From positions 8,498,302 through 8,562,301 of the forward strand of contig JBNZDD010013726.1 of assembly GCA_050575255.1 (NCBI GenBank): 64,000 bases of DNA. The letters are read 5' to 3'. The DNA is from Harriotta raleighana (taxonomy: Eukaryota). The position numbers and the translations under genes were made by a program. The notes under the pieces were generated by a model. The model ran no database searches. It was given only the letters and a program-made list of their open reading frames with translations, and had not been told where the DNA came from. Of the stretch, positions 48,835 through 61,130 are shown in pieces; position 1 is the first letter of the stretch, and each line of letters begins with the position of its first letter.

Positions 48835-49030
48835 AGCAGCAAAATCTCAAAGCGCTTCACAGAACATATCGCCAAGTAAATTGATGCTATGTTTTGTTGG
48901 TGAAATGCAGCAGCCAATTGCGCATAGCAGTGTCCTATAACCAGTCCTGGATTGAATAACGAAATTATTATTATTTTTTAAAGGGAGTATTACCTCCAGG
49001 AAATTGACTAATAACCAGGTTCAAACTTAT
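48835..49030 (-). mobile_element. SINE 3' half
   Basis: tctcaaagcgcttcacagaaca...gcagccaattgcgcatagcagtgtcc, the reverse of the 39142 family. Confidence 0.8.
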
Positions 49031-49074
49031 TGCTAGATAAACAACCATTTGTAAAATACTTTACTGGATTGAGA

Positions 49075-49290
49075 AAGTAAATCTAATAAAACAAGACAGC
49101 ATAGATTCAGAGTTGTGAACGTCAAATTTAGGATAGACATCAAAAGGATTTCCTTACACGGATGCATTCAACAGCTGGAAGAAACTACAACGAAGCTGAG
49201 ACCAGATCACTGGACTCATTTAAGATAAAGCTACAAGCTAGTTGGTATACTTATAAGGATTAGATCAAATAAGGTTCGATCAGAACTATC
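49075..49290 (+). mobile_element. CR1 LINE 3' end, degenerate
   Basis: KTRQHRFRVVNVKFRIDIKR resembles the CR1 ORF2 C-terminal TRGHxxKL...FRxDxRK motif. Confidence 0.6.
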
Positions 49291-50000
49291 CTGTTATTTC
49301 TGTAATTGCAACACCACGAAAACCTTAGCTGTTGCAAGATTATCATCCCTGGTGCTCCAGCGAAGCCAGGATTCACTACAGCATTTTCAACTTTTCACCT
49401 TGAATCTTACAAGCTATGATTGAACATCAAACTATTAACCCTAGACTTCTGTGCGTATTTGCCATATGAAATTAGACTAAAACAGTGTTTGATGCCAGTG
49501 GTTTTGTACCACTATATTAACAAGCCATGACTTCAATTATTAGTTCGGTTATAAATCCACCATGCACCGAGCCCAGTACAGTTTTACTGTGCTTTCATAC
49601 CATAAATCATTGGGTTCATCCAAACATAGGTGGAAGTAAAATATATTCATTGGAATCAGTTTGTCATCTTTTGTAGTGCATCAAAAAAGCAGACAAAAAG
49701 CATTCATATGCTTCATTTTTGCAAACATTTATAAATCTAATCAAAGTGACCCACATTATGTTACTGGGAATACGGAAAATGAACACTGAAAATGAGCTCG
49801 TGGCTTCACTGAAAGTGGTGTGATGAGGAGAATGCATCTAAGAAAAACAAGCACAATCTAACCTTTAATCTAATCTTCTATCAAATTATGAGTTTTACTC
49901 CTGTTTATATTTTCAAATCATGTTATTCCCCCCTAACCAATTTTTGATCCAATCAATATCTTATCACATCTTTGAGATGTCCCAATGCATTTCACAATAT

Positions 50001-50360
50001 GGTGTATTCTGTAACTCACTGGTTAGCGCACTCTTCTCGCAAGCGAAAGGACCTGGATTTGATTGCCAGATGTTAGGCAAGCTTCCTTACTCCACACGCC
50101 TCTTATCTAGCAGCGAGGAGTAACACAGTTGCTAAGTCGCTTTTCCGCGGGAGAAATAATCCATTCCGAAAGGGCGCAAACAGAAAAATTTAATGATTTG
50201 GTTAATCGGTGGCTGTTTGTGGGACACTTACTGAGCGTAATTGGCTGCCACGTTTCACCCACAAAACATTCACTTCATTTTACAGTCTATTCTGTGAAGA
50301 GCTTTGAGACATCACAAAGATGTGATAAGGCGCTCCACCAATCGCGAGGATTATTATTAT
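50001..50360 (+). mobile_element. tRNA-derived SINE, full length
   Basis: Head tgtaactcactggttagcgcactcttctcgcaagcgaaaggacctgg; core gtgggacacttactgagcgtaattggctgcc; tail cgcgaggattattattat. Confidence 0.88.
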
Positions 50361-52639
50361 GGCATAAATATGTTCGAAACCCCGTACAAAGTCCATCTGG
50401 ACCAATATTATGTCTAACATGATACTTTTTTTTAAAAGATTGTCATCTTAAAGAGTAATGAATGAGTTACAAATGCTGTATCTTATTTGTCCAACACTTT
50501 CTTTTGTTGTTGAATTCCAAATTCAGTGTGGCTTGGGAAATAACCCCAATCTTGGGGTTAGACTGGGAAACATTTCCATATGTTTCTGCTTCTCTTCCAC
50601 AATCTTTCCTGTCCTTCCTGAAATTTTTTTTTTTGTTGCAAATATTCAATAGTGCCTCACTCAGAAATGAGAAAAAATGTGACCTGGCATGTTCACACTT
50701 AAACCTGAACTGAAACCTAGGCTTAGGAATAAAAAAAATTCAGACATTTCTACTGCTTCACCAGCAAGCGAATCCTAGTTATCAATGCAGTCAGAGTACA
50801 ACGTTTGTTGGTTTGTGTGATAAATTGCAACAATTATTTAATCATTAGTCAGATAATGTATATGTTATCTCTTCTGCGCTTTCCATCATATTCATCATTT
50901 TTCATACAGTATGATGTACAACATCTCAGGATTTCAGCCATGCATGGATTATAGGAAAACAGAATGCCTATAGTGCAACTAGGGCCACCCTACAAGATAA
51001 ATAAAAAGCATAGGTGATTCTTTTTCTTCTGTGTATGCTTTTTTTTCAAAAAAAATAGAATTGGAGATTTTTATTAGAAGATTATTCTATAAAAAAAAGG
51101 AAAGCAATCACAATTTTTTCTCGGCAATACAGACTTAACATAGAAAACATGTTCTCCAGTGAACAACTTCCAGACAGATTACTATAACATGAATCTTTTA
51201 AATCCCACTATAAATCATCAGATCGCAGTTCTCATACGATTCTCAAAACAACTGTGGCAGTTGTAACTTTGTATTTCAAGCCGCTCGGCTATGAAATTCT
51301 GTCCCCTTTAAAATATAGCGTCTCCCTTCAGTTTGGTCTTTTAATGAAGCGGTCCACCGTTTTCTTTTAAATGACTAGAAATCCAATCACAGATAATGCA
51401 TTTCTTGTGCTGTTTGAATGTTGTCTGTCTTGCTGCCAGGTCCTCTTTGTAAACTAGCCGTTGGGACTAAATGGGGCCAAGACTGTTTAAAGAGGTTTTC
51501 AATTAAATAAAACAGAATAAAATCACGTCACTCCTGGCCAATCGGGAATGATGTTTACTTGCACGAGAAGACAATATTTAATTGTCGATAGCTGCAACCC
51601 ATGGAACTTTTCAAGCAGCTGAACGCTGCATATTCGACCAGCAACTGCCAATTGCAACAATGCACTTGGCAAATGGAAATCTTCTCCAAGAACCAAGGGT
51701 TACACATTCACGTTGGTCTGTTGAGAAATTTTCTTTTTCATGGAATGCAATGATGACTTATAAAAGCATTTTATTTAAATATAAGGGTATTCAGCCAGTG
51801 AGAGAGAGAACTATTTTTGAACAAACGACTCAATTTGGGTCACGCAAGATAATTTTTACCCCCCAGCAAAAGAGAGCATCAATCTCATTTTAGAAATCCG
51901 TCCCTAAACTCCCTGTACAAAAGCAGGCTGGCGATAAAGCAAGAATTTGCAAAGATGAATGAAAATGTATTCTTGGAACATAAAACCTAAGTAGGGAAAG
52001 GAAATTATTACATGTTACCAACCAGATAAAGTCTTTCTGCTGGCTGAAAGAATGAGCTTGGGCAATCTTAATGCAATTCACTATTAGGATTCGGGGCCCC
52101 AAGCAGTAAACCAACCCACAATTTTGTGGTATCAGAAATGCCACAAGGCTAACTCGTGTGACAAAATGAAGTGTCATCATAGGGAATACTCTTCTGAGGC
52201 TGGAAGTAATGCAAAACATTGGGGCAAACTGGTTGGGGCTTTCTTTACGCAGCTATTTGTGCAGGTGCCTAAATTGGGAAGCGCTCAATACCTCAATACA
52301 GTACTATTGTTCCTTACCTTGGAGAGCAACAACGACAACAAATTACATTGAGCATAATTACCAACAACAACAACTTTGATTTACATAGTTCATTCCACAT
52401 CGAACAGTGTCTCAGAGCGCTTCAAAGGTGACCATGTCAGCGGTAGACACCGACAGAAAATGCTACATTTCTGTTTTTTTTAGATTTTTTACATCAATAC
52501 TTAAAGCACATGTTTATTTATAAGCATTGCATTTATCAACCATTCAAATACCACAAATGAGTTGTGAAGTCACAAAGATCACTGACAAGTGCATTGTCCT
52601 TAGATACTTGACTCACATTTACTTCTATTCCTTTTAAGG

Positions 52640-52845
52640 GCAAAATCTTGCGCAGGTTTCCTTACTCCACATGCTTGATAATAATCCCTCAAGCAAACCC
52701 CCCAATAATAATCATTTTCAATCCACAACTCTATGTGGGACCTCGCTGTGCACAATTAGCTGCCGCGTATTCTGTGAAGCGCTTTGAGACTTCTCAAAAA
52801 TGTGATAAGTCCATATCAAATGTAAGAATTCTTCTTCTTCTTATT
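52640..52845 (+). mobile_element. tRNA-derived SINE, 5'-truncated and internally deleted
   Basis: ggcaaaatcttgcgcaggtttccttactccacatgc...gtgaagcgctttgagac...tcaaatgtaagaatt. Confidence 0.85.
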
Positions 52846-52924
52846 GGGTACGGTTTCACAGTAAACCCTCTGGGGCCTTACCGAATGCCCTTCATTCAAA
52901 CATACCAAATCATCTTACACACTA

Positions 52925-53295
52925 CAACAACAACAACAAACAAAATTACATTTGTATAGCGCCTTTCACGTCGGGAGGACGTCCCAAAGCTCTGAACAGT
53001 CAGGTCGGGACCCGAGCATGGGGGGCGGGATTGGGGGTAGGGGGAGGGGGAAGGAGAGTGGGAAGAGTTAGGGTGGGAGGGAATCGAAGGCGCGGTCGAA
53101 GAGGAAGGTCTTGAGATCGGCCTTGAAGGAGGAAAGGGAGGAAGCAAGGCGGAGGGACTGCGGGATGGAATTCCAGAGTGAGGGGCTGGAGAGGCTGAAA
53201 GCCCGGCCACCGATGGTTGGGTGGTTAGGGCGGTGGACGCGGAGCAGGCCTGAGTCTGCTGAACGGAGGGTGCGGGCAGGCTGATAGGGAGACAA
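52925..53295 (-). mobile_element. Young-looking L2-clade LINE 3' end: open ORF2 C-terminus, 3' UTR and (TTG)n tail
   Basis: ORF 53068..53295 PYQPARTLRSADSGLLRV...GGRAFSLSSPSLWNSIPQSLRLASSLSSFKADLKTFLFDRAF is the typical L2 ORF2 end. It is uninterrupted and retains CpGs. Confidence 0.93.
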
Positions 53296-56200
53296 AACTA
53301 CTTGGTGGTGCTTCCGAGTTTAATTCTTCCAAGGTGCAAATTCAATTTGCTCACAATGATTTCAATGCAAGATTCTTGATTGACCACATCTCAGGGTGAA
53401 AGCATTGCACTTCCTGACATTCCATCAGTCTGTGCATGACTTACAGCCCCAATCGATGGGCACGCCACTTGGGCTCGGTCCTGTTCCAATAAGATTCTGC
53501 AGTTACTTGCTAGGAGGTGTGAGAGATCACCCCCATGTTGACTTGCCCCTGTTTGCCCAGCCCCCCCACCCCCTCCCCCCCACCCCCCCCAACCACCACC
53601 GTGTGTGGTACAGTGTGGAAATACACCCACTCCTGACACGGACCTCATAACTCACTCGTGCCTGTTGCTCTTGTCAGTCTCATTCAGCCAGATATTTTCC
53701 ATCCACCACGGATTCCTATTGTGTGTCCTCTGCATATAGAGAAGTCAATCATGCTGCAGTGATATCTAAGAGATTCAGAATTCTCTCGTTCATTGCAGTC
53801 TTTGGAACTCGAATAAAATATACAGTATATTCAATTCGTTTTTTTTTTGCTGCAGGGGGGGAGGGGGGGGGTGGTTGGAGGGAGGGAAGAAGAATATTTT
53901 TCTTCAACTATAGAATCAAAAATGAAGTGGGAGAGAAACAAAATCTATCAAATGTACATCATCATCATCATCATCCCCCCTCCCCCAAAAAATCTCTGGT
54001 GAAAGCAGGATCCTTAAGGCTGCCTGTGTCTTTGCCTAGAAACTGAGTCGCTTTTCTTCCCTCATTCAGCTACTCATTCTGGGAAAAGCCAAAAGGGAAA
54101 CATTTAGATTGGAGGGTCTTTGAAATGTGGTGACAGTTGACTGATGAGCATCTATAAAATGACAAAGAATTGTTGTGTGTAGCCTGTGCATCACATAGCC
54201 TCTCCCTGGGAAACTAATTGCTTTGAATTGTTAATAGTAACATTGTTTTTCTGGCAATCATTTCTTTAGAATACGCAAAATGAGCATGAAACAGCTCTTT
54301 TGACTAGACATAAAAGTTGAATGTCCCAATGTTGATCAAATTAACTTCAGCGATGTGACAATGGACTATATTTGTGAGACAATAATGGCAGGAACAAAGG
54401 GCTGCTTTATGCCAAGATTTCACAGTTGTAATGTAAAAATGTTGCAGTTGAACTAGGCCGGAGAACATTTCAAAAGGCAAACAGAAGAGGACTGTCACTT
54501 TTAGAAATCTGGCTACTCAGACCTGAATACACAGGACAATTTCAGGAAGTTTCAATGGCTGGCACATCCAAGCGCACTAGTGTCCAGGGCCGCAACCAGA
54601 AAGACCGGAGGTGAGAGGGGCAAACTATCCCACTTGTAGGGCATTTTTCAGACCCATATCTTCTACTTTAGTGGTCCTTTAAACACGTACTGCAGTTTTA
54701 AAGAAAAAGTTTTAAAATAACAGCAAGAACAGTTCAACTGAACTAATGTGCAGAAACTCAGCAGGAAGCAGGATATTTTTAGGCTGTGAATCTCATTCAG
54801 AATCTGTAAGGAAAACTGCCTCAGTAAATACAAAATGAATTAAAGCCTACTGATCTGCCTTAAAACGCTTTCTTTCAGTGCTGTTTATGTATACACTACT
54901 AGCTAGAAACGTTTTAGCCCTAAACACGCTTTTAAGCAAGTTGAAAGGCTTGAGAAAAGACAATCGCTACTTTTTGAATGGGGGTTAAAGCCGCTCTGAT
55001 TCATACAGAGAAGTAATTCAAAAGCTCAGCTTGAAACTTCTCTTCTGTGATTATCTTACATCACATAGCTACTGTAGCTCAGTTGGAAATGTCGATCTAC
55101 ACAGCTTTTAAGAGAGATTAAAGCTGAAAAAGAGGTTTACACCATAGATACTCTCACTTTCTCTTTCCTTACTGTCGGCAAGAGTAATGATAGACAATGG
55201 CCAAAGATGGTTCCCAAAACCCTCTGAATGGCCACACTGTTGGTGGCAGCATTCATTCAAACTGAGCCCAGGGTATTGTCTACTCTATCAGTGGATCAGA
55301 ATAGAGTTTGCTGGTGGCTGCCAAAAGGTTAGCTACACTGATGAAAGGAGTTTCCCATTATTCACTGCTCTACAGAGCTTCCCTATTATGCCTTCCTGCC
55401 GCCGTTCCTGATGGAGGTCCGGATCTGTGGCTGGATGATCAGTCAGAATAATTGATTTGTGCAAATGAAGCCCACAATGGCGGGCACAACATAAAATCTA
55501 GCTTCCTCCAAAGACAAATGATTTTGCCTGATTTGGTGTGGTCGCATTCTGATCATATATATCATAACACTTCTGATTAATGGAGGGGGGGGGCAAACTG
55601 CAAGCCTCCCAGTACATTGTGGGAGGGCCCAAATGAGAGTACGGCTTGTTTAAAAAAAAAGAAACGCCTCATCTTCTGCGCACACCAACACTCTTCCAGA
55701 CTGTCAATTAACCTTTTGTAATCTTTAACAATTCTGCTAATACACTTGATATCTTTGAGCCATTCTTATGATACCACTTCATTTATTCTCAAGCACTCCT
55801 CGAGTGGATCATCTACTATTTCCTAGTTATAACCATGCTGCATCTCTATCATTAGAACCCCCGCCATATAATAGCAGACTGCAGCTATACTCCACATTTG
55901 CAGTGTGCTCTTTTTACATCTCAGCAATCCAGATGGGTGGTATAACGCTGAGGCTTTCTGCGGCTGAAACTGGCAGACCACCTTGAAGCATAGTCTCGGA
56001 GCACTAGCATTCCTCAGCGACTGCAATTGGGACACAGCCAACATAACATGTTAAACGTTGACGTTAGACACCAGGACGACACACATGAAAGGCAAGAGCT
56101 GATTATCCCATCACCTTGTTTTTAATCACTGACTTTTTTTTTAAACAGTCAGTCGTCCAAGGACCCTGTGAGCAGGTCTGGAGATATGGTGTTAGCTACT

Positions 56201-57202
56201 GCACACTCTCCTCTGTTTTATTGTGTTCCACAACTGTGCAAGCAAGCAGAACTGGGCTGCTGATTACTTACACAATTCTCACTAAGCTACCACACCAAGT
56301 GCTGCAAAACTACGCAATCCGGGTTTATTGATTCCTGTCTCAAAACAGAAGAATTTCACTGAACATTTCATTCTTCCTGAATAAAAATACCACAACTAAT
56401 GGCCAATCTATTTTTGTGTTAAGTATTATCATTCCTGCTCATTCAACTATTTATTCATACGATGCTTGTAACATAAAATGCAAAGCAGCAGAGCATCAGC
56501 AAAAATTTACAAGTGTCCTATAGATATACTGAATGTCAATGTATAGAATGAGATGCCAGAGATTATTTACAGTTAATCTTACATCAATTGTTTCCAGGCT
56601 ACCATTTCATTGTTTTAAATGTGTAGCCTTCAAAAATATTATATTGCATTAGAGCTAGAAGTCCTCACTTGACTCAAACCCAGAATCCAACTTGGTTATT
56701 GTACAATAAGGTACAAATGAAATGCTTAACCAGCACCTCCTTCTGGCTGCTCCACAGGCTGCATTGTCAGAGGGTAGCTCAAGGAACTTGCAATGCAGAG
56801 ATTCACCCACAGTTAAAGAGTCTGCCAAAAATCACAGATAAAGAATGACCACTTTGGATGACGTACTTTGTGGACCCATACCTCATCGAAGACACAGTGC
56901 CTTTAATAAAGGAAAGAAATGGGGAGAAAATGGGAAAAAAGTAAATCACTTAAAAGCAATTTTCGTTGAACCATAATTAACCTGGATGCACCAATTTCTG
57001 GTTCAGATAGAATTGCTTATTAGAGTGATTTTGCTGAACAGCACATTTTGTTTTATAAAAAAAAATATTGCTTCTCCTGGTAGGAATTGAATGTTCATAT
57101 ACATTAGCCTGTACAATTTATACATTAATCACTGAAAGAATAGGACAATTAGCTGATTGAAATACAGTTTCAGTCTATTATTATGGTATATTCAATTCTC
57201 CG

Positions 57203-58190
57203 AATTTTGTAAGTATTATGTCAAGTACCCACACGCCAAAAGACGACTTGGAAACTGGTTTCGCATGTAAAATCCTGAGAAATCATGGACAATAACCATT
57301 GATAAACTATCCGCAAGAACAGTGAACGTTACTTTTAAGATGAAAAGGGTTAACAACTACATCAAACTGCATTGATACGGTACCTTTCACATCGCACAAT
57401 GTCCTCAGGCGCTGCTTAAGTGTAACACTATTTTATCCTGTTAATAATGGAACCAAACCTAGTCAATAAGAATAAATTCTGTAACAGGTTTGATGCTAGA
57501 AAAAACAGGTAACCTTCAGTGGGATGAAATAGATCTTAAGTCTTGATGTGACCACTTACTTGCTTAAATGACTACAGATTTAAAATGACTATTTATGCTT
57601 TGCAAACAAAAAACTGCACAGAATAATGATACCAAATCCATCCTACTTGATTCAGTTAATTGTATTTCTCAGTCTCATGCGATCATGGTTCACCAAAGAA
57701 CTATTATGTGTGACTTCCATGAAGATGGTTGAACAGAAGCATGCAAAAAGCCATTGTCTTTATATAAATTATGACTCTTAAAGACAGCCCATGATTAATC
57801 ACAACAGTATTTATTTCTCCAATATACTTAGAACTCAAAGAATGGTAAATTGAATTGCTATAGTCTGCTCTAACAGATCATCTTATGAAAATGAAGAAGG
57901 CTGCAGAGATAAGCATTTTTTCTGAAAACAATTTCTAATTTGAAAGGAAGGGCTTTAGTACAGGAAATGGGGCCTAAAACCATCTAATGGAGCCATTATA
58001 CAATTTATTACTTCTATACAGGTTGGATACCTACTCCTGTAAATATGAGTAAAATGGAATATATTTATAGTGCTTTGCTTAAGAATTCTTTTGTAAGTAT
58101 TGTGTGAAGTACCCACATGCTATAAAGACGACTTGGAAATTGTTCTGGTTTGTAAAATCATAATAAATTCACTGATAAACTTCCGACAGT
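57203..58190 (+). repeat. Diverged direct repeat pair of about 100 bp (about 57203-57315 and 58088-58190)
   Basis: ttttgtaagtattatgtcaagtacccacacgccaaaagacgacttggaaactggtttcgcatgtaaaatc versus ttttgtaagtattgtgtgaagtacccacatgctataaagacgacttggaaattgttctggtttgtaaaatc; both are followed by tgataaact. Confidence 0.85.
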
Positions 58191-59597
58191 TGCCTCAATC
58201 GCATAGGAATCCTATGTCACATTTAAAAGTCTCCAGTTCGAGCCAGCAAAAAAAACTACAAATATTCATCTGCCATTTCTACAATGCGCACTTTCTACCT
58301 GTGGAGATATAAGCCTTTTTTCAAATATATGAAAGAGACATGATTCATGAAACCCAAAGTCCACATTGTTGGAAATGACACAACTAAAACGCATGTAGCT
58401 TTCGCAGTATCAAACAAAACGTATGCTCGGCATTGTTTGTTTCATCGGGTTCATTCACCGTATAATAAGGTATTTTATTCAGTAGCAGTTTAGGAAGAAT
58501 AATTTCATCAAGCCCATTGATACGTCAGGTAGTTCGATCGTCCATCAACAGCACCTTACAGCACTGCAGACCTGAATTGATTCAGGTATTGGATTAGCTC
58601 ATCCAATATGGAGAGTAAACTCAACATCATCTAGGATCCAGCCTCTCTTCGAGGACATTCCACATGCCTTCTCCCCTCCCCCATCCCCCATCCCCCAGGA
58701 TTATAGTACAAAAAACAATTAGACATCCTAGAAGTATGGGGTAATGTAGGCAAGGAGAAATATTAAGGTAAGCTTCCTATATTTTAACAATTTGGTTCTG
58801 TATTTAAACTATAAAACATTTTAAGGATCCCTTTGAAATAGATTGCAGTTTGATGATTATGAGATAGCTTTTTTATAGCTAAACCTTTTTAAGATATGCT
58901 TGGACAAAAGTAGTTCTTGCCAACATTCCAGATTTTAATGCATCCCTTGCTGTTAATTTTAATATAGTCCATTAGTCATATTACTTTATACTTCCAGTCA
59001 ATTTTTTTTGGCCTTCGAGAATCCAAATGGGTCTTAACGGAAATCAACTGAATTATGTTTTCCCAAAATAAGAAATAATGCAATAGTTATTTGCCAGACC
59101 TTCAAATTAATTTGTAAATCAGTTAACAGTATATCCTGTATTTAGTGCTCACATTTTGATTATGCTTAGAACCATAATCAGAACACAAAGTAAATTTTTG
59201 ACAACATGACTTTTAGACCTTGTAAGTTTATACGCACAATTTGGCTACGTTATACAAAATATCAAATCCAGCTTCCATGAATAATGGATTTGCAACATGT
59301 TATTAAAGCAGTACAAATACAACATTAATACATTCACCTCTATTTAAACATTGTATGTTTACAATGTATGTTTATTCCATGTTTTTTTTTTTAAAAATGA
59401 ATGTTTTGAAACTCTTTCATGAGAGATGGGTCCCATTTACCAATAACTTGCCAGGCAATACTTAATTTAGTTATACCATTTTTAAGTGTACATAAGCAGC
59501 AAAAACATTTCACAAATGGTCACCAAACTCACTCAAAACCATTTCTGTAATTCCATTAAATAACTTGGTTTCCGAGTGCAAGACATGAAATGCTTAC

Positions 59598-59717
59598 CTG
59601 TCCAGCACAAAACTGAGAGCTTTCTGTCGTGTTCCTGAGTAGACGGATGGGCTTGTTTCCCAAGCAATTAAATTGGACGCATCATGGAAAAGATGAATGT
59701 TCACCAAGTCAAAGGCA
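59598..59717 (-). CDS. INPP5A: INPP5A-family coding exon (exon 8 equivalent), (C)AFDLVNIHLFHDASNLIAWETSPSVYSGTRQKALSFVLD(R)
   Basis: Acceptor ttcttgacag|TGC and donor CAG|gtaagc; 120 nt; near-identical to the human peptide. Confidence 0.97.
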
Positions 59718-60789
59718 CTGTCAAGAAAATAACCAACACAAAAGTGAATCATCATGCAAGGATTCGTATGATCACGAGAGAATTTTTTTTTAAATGTTGC
59801 ATATCAAACTTCGATAATAGCAAGCTGTCCAAAATTTTTTTTTTCCCGATTAAGGCCTCTGCCAATGCTGGGATTTACTCTGATGGCAATACTGTTACGA
59901 TAGTGAGGTCTACCCATTCTCCTTGACAATATTCATATTTGCTTACGAAGCAAAGCTGTCACTGTCGTTTTAATGGAGAATTGCTTTTAAACAATACAAA
60001 GTAAGTAAACTCTGATATCCATCACGATGCAGCTGGAACCTCATTATACCTGTCAACTGACACCGCATATATTGAATGTTATTGTCATCTAATCCATGAA
60101 AAACAAATAATACTTCTACACATCCAGATTTTAGAAAGCAGCTTCCAAGGGAGAACAAAACAATCATAAGGAAGAGCCATTTTGTGTATTAGTTTACTAA
60201 GTGTTATTAAAAATCTCTAAAACCAAGCTTCATTATTTTAAGTGTTTTACAGCCTGCGCCTTGCAACAGTTTCATGTGAAAGGGAATTGAAGATGAGGAC
60301 TGTAGCGGCATTTTTCAGCCAAAATAAAAGAAGGGAAAGCCAACTACTGAATCCCAAATGCAGTAATACTGTAGTAGCAAAAATCTAAATTCACAAATAG
60401 CCTCAGCTGCCAAGGGCATTGGAAGTCCAAATGTTTGTTTCCATTTACAACATCAAATTCCAAACAGAGAATACCTGTTGCACTGCACAGTGTAATACCA
60501 CACATTTTACACGTTGAGGTATAAGCAGAACAATGGATATTTAAATGGCATAAATAAATCTACATTACAAATGTCTTCGCCAAGAATCATACTAGGGGGC
60601 CGACAGGGGTAACGCCTAAAATAAATCAATAGGCTGATCATGTTAGGCTTTAAATACTTCAAGCTTTAAGTGCTCTGAGACGCTATATAATGGAAGTTGT
60701 TGTTACTACTGGAAACTCATTACTGAAATCAACTTCTATCCAGTGATAGAGAATAAAATCAACTTTATTCTTAAGGGAAACACATGAGG

Positions 60790-61130
60790 CACAGCTCCTG
60801 AATGGTAGATATACTGGTGCACTCTGGTTTGAAGATCTCAGATCTTTGATCTCTCGTTTGTCCTGAGTATATTTTTTACTCTCTGATTGGCAAACAGAGG
60901 AGGGGATGGATACACGCCACTGAGGTACTTGGAGGGGAAGGTAACGAAATCACCCAGAGTGTCTGTTCCTGGTGGATGGAGAGTAACTCCAGCTGGAAAT
61001 TGTACGCCTACATGGAGTGAAGCCCGCAATGCATCTTCATCCCTCCCATCACTAAGAAAAAAGTAGTCCACTGACAATCACTGTAGGCGGGTGGTCAAAT
61101 CCCCATTGAAGAGTGGATGAGACTCGAGGT
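60790..61130 (+). mobile_element. AmnSINE2-like SINE, highly diverged
   Basis: gaaatcacccagagtgtctgttcctgg...ccagctggaaattgtacgcc...ctgacaatcactgtaggc is collinear with the recalled AmnSINE2 core and with the reverse complement of 37945-38250. Confidence 0.5.
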
